Shown here: piece by piece, positions 36,346 to 48,404 of the stretch
Layout of the letters: every line of letters begins with the position of its first letter
How positions within the stretch are numbered: position 1 is the first letter of the stretch
Assembly (NCBI GenBank): GCA_965603825.1
Contig: CBFDEM010000021.1
Location: 248,001 to 312,000 of the forward strand
DNA: 64,000 nucleotides
Reading direction: 5' to 3'
Source of the DNA: Blepharisma stoltei ATCC 30299
Taxonomy: Eukaryota; Protista; Ciliophora
Translations under genes and position numbers: made by a program
The notes under the pieces: model-generated
What the model saw: the letters and a program-made list of their open reading frames with translations, nothing else
The model's database searches: none
Told to the model about the DNA's origin: nothing

Positions 36346-37650
36346 ATGAAAAGCTCTCTCTATCACGATTCCGATTCAGATTCTTCTATTACTCAGCAGC
36401 AAGAAGATTTAACCCAAGCCAATATATTATGACAATGGCTCTCCCCTCAACAAAAAAAATTCTTAACAAGCCAAAAAAGTGTCTCCCTCTACCACAGCAG
36501 ATGACACAAAAAAGGTGGAATCCCTAGCTTATTTCCAGGAAAAATCTTAATACAGCCTGATAACCCAGAATTTATTCAATGGACATGGCCTCATGATTTG
36601 CATAAAAATTTGATTTCTATATATGATATAAAGCAGGCCAGTGGATTTTTGCAAGGAACTAAAGCATTAGATGTGTTATTATCTATAATGAGACCTAAGG
36701 ACTCAATATCTCCCTCAACTATTATTGCAATTGCAGTAGATGGAAACGTGCTTATAGTTGTTTTTGATAATGAAGAAACATGTAAAAATTGAAAAGCTGG
36801 GCTATTGAAGATGCTGAATAGTTTAAATATCCTGGAGTCTGATGGAGAAGAAGACGCTAGGTTTTTAACAGTAAAAGGGTCTGGAGTTTGGACTAGACAA
36901 ACATCTGTTGATGCTTTAGATTCGCGAGCTTATATTTTTGATTTATCTGAACCAAATATTCCAAATAGCTCTTGGAGAGAAATCAAAGCGACACTTGTAT
37001 ATGAAGATGACTCTTCACATAGCGAATATTTAATTTTTGATAGGTCGCAAGAGAATTTAAATAATTCTGTTAATGAAGTTTTACGGTCTATTGAAACGCA
37101 CTTAGACTTTTCAAATAGAGAACTTTTAAAAGAATATTTAGAAGATATTATGAGAAATGAATTAAAACTCAGAAATGATAAAAAGGAAAGTTTTAAAATG
37201 ATTAAAAATAAAGTTGTACCATATACATCATATAAAAAAAGAAGTGTTAAAAGATTTAAAAGGGAATATTCAGGCATAAATGGTGGAGATATTTCAAAAG
37301 AAATTATCAATCAGTTAAATGGCAGTGAAAAACTATATTTTGGAAACAAAGTTACAAATGCTTTTCAAATGCTTTTTCTACAAAGGCTATCATTAAGTCT
37401 AGAAACCCATTTTTTAGCCAAGGAGTCAAAGAGAAGAAAAATAAATGAAGAAGCTTTGCTACTTAATACAGAAAAAAATAACATTGAAGTCGATGTAAAG
37501 ATGAATCAAAAAGAAATTGAACGAAAAATTGATGAAATTATGCAGAAAAGGGTGCAAAATAATCAAAATAGCAATAACGATGACAAGGATAAATCATATG
37601 GGTGTAGGCCATTTGCACTAAAAGATGCATGCAGCTGTTTATTGATGTAG
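36346..37650 (+). CDS. Uncharacterised CaaX protein with N-terminal PH-like domain (paralogue B, 434 aa)
   Basis: ATG 36346 in frame via three TGAs with ORFs 36598 and 36805; FDNEETCKNW(TGA)KAGL resembles the PH C-terminal helix; ends ACSCLLM. Confidence 0.78.
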
Positions 37651-37784
37651 CCAAAGAAAGCTATTAATATAAGTAATTTATAAATTTTTATTTTAACTTC
37701 ATATAAATTTAAATGATAGCAAGTTATTTGAATTTTGTCAAAATCACTGCGAAATGCAAAATGGATTAATTAATTATATAATAT

Positions 37785-39137
37785 ATGGAAAATACAGCCT
37801 ACCCAGTCAAATTTTTGGTTTTAATAGTTATTTTAGGTACAATTGTGCAAACACAACAATATCGTAAATTTTATTAAGTTTTCGGCTATATTGCCGCTGG
37901 AAGTTCGATGCTAGATGACACGGATACCTCGCTATATGAATACGGATTTTTGAGTGGCCCAACAATTTTATTGGTTAATGCGTTGCTTGTGTTGCCGATT
38001 GGACGGCTTGTTGATTACATAAAGCGGCCGAAGTGGTTTGTTTTGTCCTGTTCCATATCAATTTGCCTTATAACACTACTAAACAGCATATGTGAAAATT
38101 TTTACGAGCTACTATCAGTCCGTCTGATGTTTGGAATTTTCGCTTGCGGAATTTCTCCAACTTATATGAGACTGCTAGCCTTGTATTTTCCATCAAAAAA
38201 ACGCGGTTTTGCTTCAGGATTTTTATTTTTGACGATTTATTTTGGAATTTCTCTTGCTTCATTATCATTAATATTAGCAGAGTCTGTAGGGTAATTTCTA
38301 GAAAGGTGGCGTTGATCCTATGTTCTTATCGGCTCAATAAGCTTGGTTTTGACTATAATTTTTGGTCTATTTCTCAGAGACATAAAAAATAATGCCAAAC
38401 TCAGCAGATTCACAAATGAGCAAATTCTTAAAAGTGACATTTTATCACTATTCAAAAATAAAACCCTGATTTTTACTATTCTTGCATTATTCTTTCAATA
38501 TATTTCAGGATTCGCGAGATCGTTTTATGAAGCAATTTACTTTGCAGAAAAATTTTCAGATAATGTGGATGTGTATGCGGTTTTAAATGCGATAGGAATA
38601 CTGATTTCTCCGATAGCTCCTATTTTATTAGGAAAATACTCAGACAGTAAACAAGACTCAGACCCAAAATGGCAACCTTTAATTATTGCAATCACAAGGT
38701 TTATGTATATTCCTTTACTGTTTCCAATGTATCTTTCCTCAAATTTTGCAATCGCAATGCTTTCGATGATGCTAATAAGTACAATTGGGGAAACTTATAT
38801 AAGTGTGTCTTATGCAATTTTAATAAATGTCGCAAATCCTAATGTCTGGGCGTTCCAAACTGCGTGAATGATTTGTGTGACTACTATAGCAGGGACTATA
38901 TCTACAGTGATAATAGGGTTTTATTATACATCTTTAGAAGCCTTAAAAGTATCTTTATTGATTGCAACTGTCTTTGGAAGTGCAATGGCAGCTATCATGT
39001 TTTTGGTTGTTGCTAAATTTTACCCTGAGGACTTAAAAAAGCAAAAAGAGTGTCGAAAAGAAATAGATGAAGAATTGGTCAACCAAAGTGAAATAGCTGA
39101 AGAATTGATTAATCAAAATGAAAGTTCAATAGGATAA
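37785..39137 (+). CDS. MFS transporter (Spinster-like)
   Basis: EYGFLSGP, GRLVD, VGWRW after splicing; two 15-nt introns and TGA joins. Confidence 0.85.
37864..37878 (+). other. 15-nt intron
   Basis: GTAAATTTTATTAAG. Confidence 0.8.
38291..38305 (+). other. 15-nt intron
   Basis: GTAATTTCTAGAAAG; restores GWRW. Confidence 0.88.
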
Positions 39138-39182
39138 TGCTTTATTAAAAATATTGTTGATTAAGCAAGTTTCTAATACTAT

Positions 39183-40334
39183 TTAAAAAGTAAATTTATG
39201 AACTAAGGATTGCCTTATTGTGCCTTCTGCTTCCCATTCTGCTTTGCTCATCACCATAAACTGTCCAAACGTAGACAAACTAGCCAGCATAGATCCTCCA
39301 ATCCAAGCTGCATGCTGTCTAAAAGAGTCTGAGACTACTTTTATTTCATTGCCCATAACAGTGCCACTCATAATCGTTCTGATTTCTTTTTCCATTCTTT
39401 CATGGAATCCTCTCATCATAGAAGTCCCTCCACTTAAAGAAATGTTGCTATACATGTCAGCTCTCAAGTCAATGTCGCATTTGAAGATAGATTCAGCCGT
39501 TATCTCAGGAATTCCTCCGATTTCTTTATTTATAATGCTTGGCCTAAATAAAATTTCTGCTGCATTTACTCTTGTTTGTTTATTAATTTTAATAATTTCT
39601 CCGCTTGGCAACTCATAGCAGCTTTCTTCATCAGTAATCAAGTCTTTCCCATTCATAGTTTTTTCATAATCCTGTGGTACCACTAACATTTCTTCTTTAA
39701 TTCCTCTTGCAACTGTAAATTGTTCAGGCTTCAAATGCATTGACAAATTCTGTAACAAGTAATTAGTAATATCAATCCCTGACAGTGGAATCCTTTTCGT
39801 TGCATGTGGTAATGCAAAGCCTTCAAAAATAGGGACGATACTTGTAGAGCCATCTCCAATGTCAACCACAATCCCACGGGTTTTTCCTGTAGAAAATAGA
39901 GACAGAACAGGCGATGACATAATCCCAAGAGAGCTGACACCGATTGACTCAAAAAAGATTTGGGAAATCCTCTGTTTGTTTTCACGGGAATTTAGGACTG
40001 GGTCAGTTATGAGAACATTTATAGTGCTTGGATCTAATTGCAGTTGGTCTTTTATAAGATGCTCCCAGATATCACGCATATTTTCCCAGTCTTGATCTGT
40101 GTCTTTTATGATGCTGCGCTCAATTGGAAAATAGAGCGCACAATGAGGGTCTTTGAGGTCAATTTCATTGCCAAATTTTGTGATTGCGGGTCGTCCTGGC
40201 TCTGTTGGGTCGTATTTGCCAAGAACTGAAGGGATGACTACTTTTGGAGAGTCTTCACCTGAAAAACCTGCTTTGATGAACCCAGAGCCGTTATCAATAA
40301 CAACAAATTCTTTAGTATCAAGCTCAGCTTCCAT
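39183..40334 (-). CDS. Divergent actin / actin-related protein
   Basis: VVIDNGSGFIKAGFSGEDSP, VVDIGDG, YELPSG, LSGGTSM, WIGGSMLASL. Confidence 0.93.
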   Translation of the reverse strand: MEAELDTKEFVVIDNGSGFIKAGFSGEDSPKVVIPSVLGKYDPTEPGRPAITKFGNEIDLKDPHCALYFPIERSIIKDTDQDWENMRDIWEHLIKDQLQLDPSTINVLITDPVLNSRENKQRISQIFFESIGVSSLGIMSSPVLSLFSTGKTRGIVVDIGDGSTSIVPIFEGFALPHATKRIPLSGIDITNYLLQNLSMHLKPEQFTVARGIKEEMLVVPQDYEKTMNGKDLITDEESCYELPSGEIIKINKQTRVNAAEILFRPSIINKEIGGIPEITAESIFKCDIDLRADMYSNISLSGGTSMMRGFHERMEKEIRTIMSGTVMGNEIKVVSDSFRQHAAWIGGSMLASLSTFGQFMVMSKAEWEAEGTIRQSLVHKFTF

Positions 40335-40733
40335 TATAAAATATTTAATTTCAAATTAAAGAGATTTGACTTTTCATCGATAGCAAGCTGCTGCTTTTAT
40401 AAATATCAACGTGATTGAATTTGATCAATAAATATAGAGTCTTTCCTTAATAGAGATTAAGTATGCTTTTGATAATAAAACATACACGGTTAAGACATAC
40501 ACTATATAGGTAAAGATAAAAATAGCTCGTATTGATTTGACATTAAATTTTTTTAATATATATTCTAAAACAAAATATTTTTAAAAATCGAACAAAATTA
40601 GAGGCTGAAGATTTATAAAGGCTTTTTTAAAAACTTGGATATCTATGATAAATAATATTTTGCTAGTTTTCCATAAGAATCCATATTTTCTTTGATTTTT
40701 TAGAATCTGATAGCATCTGTATATAACTATTTA

Positions 40734-43700
40734 ATGGATAGTCAAAATAAGACTCACCACGTTTCTAAGAGAGAAAAGAAACGTCTAAAACAAAAAGAAG
40801 GTGTTACAAACGAATCCTTACATCCAATAGCTACTCTTTTAGCCCAAGACGTCCTGAAGCGATTCATTCTTAATTGTCAGTTCCTTCAATCAGAACATGA
40901 TCTTTTTGATTTACGAAAAAACAGAGAAAATACAAGATTCGCTCATTACACAGATGTGTGGCTTGCTTGGCTTAAATATCAAATTATCGCTTATGAAAAA
41001 GAGCGGTTTATGGGTTTAGAAGCTCCTCAGGTTGAGGACAAAATGACCCTAAGGAATTCCCCAAATGCTCCTTACTTTTGGAAAGCATATGATTTATTTG
41101 ACGGGATACCAGAGGCTATATGGAAAGTCCGCTTCACTAAAAAGGCCAGAAAAACGATCCTTAAGTGGCCTATCGATTGAAGAGAATCTTTGCTTAAAAG
41201 GGTTATGGAATTTTCAATCGGGTATATTGCGCCAAAAATCAACTGCAAAATACTAAAAGAAGGGCCTTGCAGTAATATGATTTTCTTTAAAACTGACATA
41301 GAAACAGGAAATATGAATGCTTTAATAGTTGCTTTAGTCGATAGATTGCCTATTGTTAGAGATGATTTAGTATGCCAATATAAATTTTTCCACTATTTTA
41401 AAGTACTTGACTTCGGACAAAGCAACCAGGAGTTAAATGACGTTATAGCTGATTTTTTAAGCTCAATAAATAATGATAATGACCGATATATTGATTGTAA
41501 TGAATTTCCATCATTTGAAAATACTTTTGTCAGAAATGATCAGGGCTGGTATAGACCGAAATGGTTTATGCCTATCTATTTATCTTGGGATGAGTCTCAC
41601 GATATCATTTATAATCCGAATACTAAAAGATGGGTATCTACTAGAACTGCTGATGAGGATAATGAAATAAAATATCATGAAAATTCATTAGTACAAAAGC
41701 TATCAGAAGCTGAAAGCTGCCAAGATTTATTGAAAATCCTTAATACAATACCAAATTTTAAAATCAAATTGACTGATGAGCAGCAAGAATTGGTAGGAAC
41801 CCCAGGAAATGTCTTAGCGATTGGGAGATCAGGAACTGGAAAAACCACATGCTCTATTTTAAGGATGTTTTCTTCTGACTTATTATTCAAATATCGCGCC
41901 AAACAAGGTAATAGGAAGCTAACTCCATCTGATTTAGACAGATCATCTAAGCTCCATTGTGTGTTTGTAACTGCTTCTCCTGTTCTCACAAATGAAGTCA
42001 AAAGATTCTATGAAAAATTAAATACCCATATGAAAGATGAAATCAAGGCTAGGGAAGACGCCAAAAAAACGAAAGATTTAGAGCTTGAAGAAATCAAACT
42101 AGAACCTCAGCAGTCTGTAGAGCATTTCTATGAAGAAGAAGAATTAGAAGAGGAAGAAGACCTCGCTTATGAAGGTCCAAGCTCTTTAGCATTTTTAAGA
42201 GACGAAGATTTTCCTTTATTTGTAACTGTCAGAAAATTAATTTTCATGATTGATGCGACCTTAAAGAGGCCATATTTCGATAGAACTCTGGATGGTCAAG
42301 TTATAGGCTCCAATTTGAATTTCGAATGGCATAATGAGCATACAAATAATTTAAGAGTCAATAAAAACGTTTGCAACCAATATAGAAAGGAATATGAAAT
42401 GTATGAAAAAATGGATAGTGAAGACGACTCAGATAATGAAGATGATGCTGAGTACTATTATGAAGGCGTTAATAGGAAAGCTGTGGCGTATCGGCCAGTT
42501 AAAGTAAAATCTAAATGAAGATGACACCGAAGACGAAACTATGAAGTCGACTTTAAAATCTTCAAAGAAAAATTCTGGCCAAAAATCAAACAAAAAACTT
42601 ACTTCTCCGCACTTGTCATATGAACAGAAATTTCTGCCTACATCAAAGGCTCAGCTGATTCTTATATCTATAAAGGCTGGTATTTGCCTAAAACAGTCTA
42701 CGCTTCTAGAGTTTCTCAATCGCAATTGCTTTCATATGCTGACAAATGGATAGTTTGGGACCTCTTTATGCAATATGAACGATGGAAATGCTGTGAAAAT
42801 GCTTATGATTTCCAAGACGTCGTAAATTATATACTAAACCAGGTTAATAACCAAAATTATTATGGCTGTCCTATACACTATATGATGGTTGATGAAGTCC
42901 AAGATTTAACTCCTGCTACTTTAGCGTTGCTATTAGAAGTCACCCAACAAAAGTTATTTTTCTCAGGAGATACTGCTCAGACTATAGCTAAAGGAGTAGG
43001 CTTTAGGTTTTGTGACCTTAGCAATTTATTCAAAACCTCTAGGCTTGAAGTGCCTGCAGTAAGACAATTGACTATGAATTTCAGATCACATAACCAAATA
43101 TTAGAGCTTGCAAACTCTATAGTTGCGCTACTAGAAGCACTCTTTCCATATTCTATAGATAGAATGGCTAAAGAGAGAAGCATTGAAGATGGGCCAAAAC
43201 CGATTTTAATTGATAGTGGGAACATTAACCATTTATTTGCACTACTATTTGGAAGAGATTCAACACAGACATCAGATGGGATTCAATTTGGGTGCAACCA
43301 AGTAATTATTGTAAGAAATCAAGATGCTAAAGAAAAAATAAACCCTTTGTTTAAGCATGCTTTATGTTTAACTGTTTTTGAATCAAAAGGTTTGGAGTTT
43401 GAAGATGTGATTTTATATAACTTTTTTACTGATAGTGATATATCTAAAGAAAAATGGAGAGCTTTAGCTAATATTTATAGACTAGACACAAACCCAAAAT
43501 ACAGGCCCACAAATTTTGAGGACTTGCAAAACCATGTCCCAAAGCTTCGTCATAAAGGTTATTTTGATACAAGCAAATATGCTTTATTGTGCACAGAGCT
43601 TAAACACTTATATGTTGCAGTAACAAGGCCTAAAAAAAGACTTGTTATTTATGATGATGACCCTGAAAATCGTTTCTTTATGCAGGAGTTTTGGAAAATG

Positions 43701-46700
43701 ATGGATGTTGTAAAAAAACTAGAACTTTCCAATGAATCTTTTCAAATAGTTATAACAGATCCTGAAGTCATTGCAATAGCCCAAAAATCAAGCCAAGAAG
43801 CATGGAGAAATCAAGGCTTGCGAATGATGTCCCACAAGTTTTATGACCAAGCCGTCAAATGTTTCCAAGCCTCTGGTGATAGAAAGCTTGAATTAAATGC
43901 TACAGCCCATTCTAAAGCAAATGAAGCGACTGAATTATTATCTGAATCAGAATCAAATTTGCTTTATTATGTTTCGAAAGTTAGCAGGATAAAATGAAGA
44001 GAACAAAAAAGAAAAGCTTATGGGCTATTTAATGAAGCTGGAGATATTTTTATGGATTTGCTAGAAAATGATAGCAAAGGGAATAGTGTGCTTAAGAGGA
44101 GAGCAGCTAGATGTTATGCATCAGGCAAAAAGTATGAAAAAGCAGCCAAGCTGTTTGAGGAAGAAGAATTACTAGGACAAGCTGCTGAAGCTTATTTGGC
44201 TAATGGGAAAGTTGAAAAAGCTGGGGATTTGTTTAATGAGAAAAATGAGTTTTTTAGAGCTATTGAGTGTTATAGCCAAATTAGAAATTGGGAAAAGTTA
44301 TTAAGATGTGTGTATACGCATAAAGACTCCATGACTGTCGAACAAAGGCAAAAATATATCTATAAATATGTCCCAGCTGCCTTAGAAGATTTGATGCCAA
44401 AACTATTGCCTACTATAGAAAAAGAAACGACATATGTCAATAAGGTAATTGAAGAAGATAAAAATAAAATTGCAGAAGTAAATGAAAGTGATGAAGAAAG
44501 CGATGGAGAACAGAAAACAGAAACAAATGGTGAAAAGAAAACAGTCTTTGTTATAGGAAGAGGTGAGGATTATGAAAATCGCAAATTGGCGAGCTCGGAA
44601 GAGGATGAAGGAGAAGAAAATAATGAACCTGAAGAATACATATTAAAAGAAGATGAAGAAAATAGCGAAGAAAATGAAGGAGAAGAGGGTGAAGAAAATG
44701 CAGAAAAAAGCTTGGAGGAATCACAAAAAATTTTAGAGTCAGCTAGCAATCCTTTTCTAAATAAAAGCCAAATGTCACAAGATTCATTTGTTTTGCTGGA
44801 AAATGAATCTCAAAGTGATAGTTTTAGCATCATTTCAGGCAGTGAATTTAGGCTGGGTGAAGCTTTGGGTGCAGGATTAGAAGATATAGATCCAGAAGAT
44901 GAGTGGCTTCAGTTAGAAAATAGATCTGTTGTAGAATCCTTAGCATCTGCTATTAAAAAAGATGGAAGCTTAATGTCAGACTATTCAATTATAGACAACG
45001 TGCATGCTGCTGCCTTAAATCTAGGTGGGAGACTAGTATCCACCAAGGCAGATATTTTTATTGAAGATGAATCGATGAGAAAAATCATAGAAATTATTGG
45101 AATGTTCTCTGACGAAGTCAATTCTTATCTAAAATCACTGAGATCTGCTGAATCCTTAATGAGCTCTCAAATAATGAAAGAAGACTGACAGCTTGTGTCG
45201 CTGATAGACTTAGATGATATGAGCCAAGAGCTACTAGGAGTGATTTTAGACACTCTTGAAGATTTCGGTATGTTTAAAATGTGCTTAGTCGTATGCAACA
45301 GATATCATCTAGCTGAAAGGCTTGGAAGATATGTAAATTCTTTGGGGTTTAAATATTCCAACCTTTCTTCAATTAAAGTTAATGAAATTGATAAGCCTAG
45401 CTTTTTATTAAGTCAAACTCAAAGAGCAGTCATTGCATATACAGCAGTGCATAATGTATTTGAAATGCTAAACCCTGAATATCTGTCTTTAAAAGAAAAA
45501 TTTGACTTGAAAAATCTTGGCTTTGAATCTTTGCAAGGGTTACTATTGCTTGGATATTGGAAAAAGACTGTTTACATAATGGATAAAGAGAACAGCTTAG
45601 CCGTCACTTCAGCATTTTTAGACTGGAAAAATTATAAAAATATTTATTTGATGTTTTATGAAGGCACTGATATAAGCAAGGCGTCAAAAGAGGGGTTTGA
45701 GTGGTTACCATTTGAGATACCTAAAAATAATTCTGAAATGAATGCTGCAATTATAGCGCTCGATTCTGTGGTTTGGAATTTAAATGCATTTTATTCTTAT
45801 ACAATTCAGAAAAAATATATCTATACTCTATCTGGGGAATTGCCTGAATTCCCAAGCTATTTTCCATATAACTCTGCATTTTGGGCTTACCAAATTAAAA
45901 AAGAAGAGATAAACGATTTCTCAACATTTATCTACTGCTTTGCCACGATCAAAAATATTTTTTCTTTAAACAAGCCAAGAAACATCCTCAAAATCTGGGA
46001 CTCATTATCAGCATTTACCCAAATTTTTTACGCATTGCAATCCAATACCAAAACTCAATCTCTTTTACAGGACTTTTCTTCAGAATCCTTCCAAACTGTT
46101 TTGCAAGCATTATCAATGGTAATTAAATTTTTAACCACAAACACAACAACTCTCCCTGCAGATCCTTATTATTCAGCCATTCTTTTTGCATTACTATCTC
46201 CATTTGGAATCAGACAGATTGAAAATACATTAATTACACAAGTATATCCATATGCAACCCATGCAGTTGTCCACAAAAGTAGCAGTATTTTTAAGCATGT
46301 AAAAATTAATGAAATACCGAACACTTATATAGCCGATATTGAAGGACAATTCTTGCTTATTCCAATAAAAGATGTAAAAGATGCGCTTATACAAATATTT
46401 GTCCAAAATATTGCTCCTGTCATAAGAGCGAGGACAAAAAGATATAGAGAAATTGTATCTAGGACAGAAAAATTGATGACAAAAGAAAGAGATATTGAAA
46501 TTATTGCATGTCTAGCAAATATTTATGGCGAGCTCTGAATGTATGATTTTTTGAAATCACATGTGTATGGAAATCCTTACTGTCTCAATAGCTATATTGA
46601 AGGTGATATGCTAGGGAATACAAAATATATAGAGTATGTAGAAGCTAATAAAAAATTAGACAGTTTATATGAAATGACTGATGGATATGAATACTCGATT

Positions 46701-48305
46701 TATTATTTGCAATACACAAGAAACAGCGAAATTAAGTCATTAGAAAAGATTATCAATAATTATGAGAGATTTATGACTGAGTCGTATGGATTTAGCAAAA
46801 ATGATATTATTAGATTTTTGCTAGAAAAAAGCAGATTCTTATATTCTTGTGATGCGAAAATTACCGAAATCGCTAAGCATGCTTTATTATCAAATATACA
46901 GATTGCTATTAATTTATCAGAGAAAGGCCACCATGATAATGAGACTGTGAAATTTTTATGGATGGCTTATGAACTCAGCAAAATCTCTGGATACTCTTTA
47001 TATTTCCAAGAAATGTTGAATTCTCGATATAAGTCAATATTCAAAAATGAAGTAAAATCTCCAAAAATTTCATTTTTCTATAAATATGCATTACTTTATT
47101 TAGACATTGATTACTATTACAAAGCTGGATACTTAGAAGATGTTTCTATTTCTATATGCTCATTATTTGAATATCAATTTAAAGACTTTGAGATTCTTAC
47201 CAAACTCTTCTTATTCAAAAAGGCTGTATGTTTATGGATTCTTTCACTCGGAATCAATGCATTCTTGCCCAAATGTTTTGAGCCATATTTATCATATTTT
47301 GTTCAAGAAGATAATAAATTCATAATTACAAGCATCGTCAAAGGAAAAGACGAAAATTTGTCTACAGAGCTCATTAAGTGGTTATTTGAAGTTTTAAATA
47401 GCATTTGCACCTCAAGCATTCCTATAGACGAAAAAGAAGCATTTTTATTAGAAATGTATGAAATCTTCTACTTAATATCAGCATATGGAAATACAAAATT
47501 ACTATTCAAAGAAATTTTCCAATTATTTTCAGCTGCCCAATTTGAACACTCGATTAGATTTAAGCCTTTTTCAGAAAATCTTTTAAGTGTATTTGAAATA
47601 GATACTGAAGAAAAATTAGAAGAATTCCAGAAAAACACAGAAAGCCAATGCAATTTTACAGAATTTATTGTAATTGAGCATAAAAATATTAAAGAAAATA
47701 AAATCGCTGCTGAAGAGTTAAATAAATGGTGGTTTGATGAATGCAGAGTATTAGCATTAAGACACCAAGAAGAAAGGAAATTAAGGAGATTAAACATAAG
47801 AAAAGTAAGGAGAATTAAGATAGCCAACCCAATAGAGCAAATGTATTTTTCAGTGCTTTCAAATAAACTAGCTGAGACTGAAGAACAAAAGCCACGAATT
47901 ATGTTAAAAGCATGGAAAAATTCAAAAACCCATATGAAGCTGCTATATAAAATCCAAAAATACCAAGCCATGCTACTTAATTGTCTCTACACAGTATCCT
48001 CTGCAAAGGCTTTGGATTTTCACTATCTCCTAGGGCAAATGACTTTCATTACTAATATAAACGAAGAATTCCAAAAGTATGCCGCATCTGGTTATGATGA
48101 TTTAGAAGAATTCGTCACAAAATCTTTTTCACAAATAAAAGAAAGCAAAGTGAAGCTTAAGTCGTGGAAAAAAGTTATGGCCCCAATCCTTCTTTTGGGT
48201 AATAATCAAATACAAGTAAAGAGAAAATGGAATACAAAATGGATTGAAAAGAAAGCGAAAACTTTTAAAAAGAGAAGACCTAGAGATCCGTTTAAACGTT
48301 ACTAA
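40734..48305 (+). CDS. TRANK1/LBA1-like UvrD (SF1) helicase with TPR-like region (2,523 aa)
   Basis: One frame with 7 TGA(Trp); motifs GRSGTGKTT, VFVTASPVL, MVDEVQDL, FSGDTAQTI, LTMNFRSH, VFESKGLEF, ELKHLYVAVTRPK, then YDQAVKCF TPR-like repeats. Confidence 0.88.
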
Positions 48306-48404
48306 ACACTTTATAAAATTTATGTCCTTTTTTTATTTAAAAATTATGATAATTTATACGCTATATAGAAATATCTATAAACAACTCAAAATAAATACAA
48401 AAGT

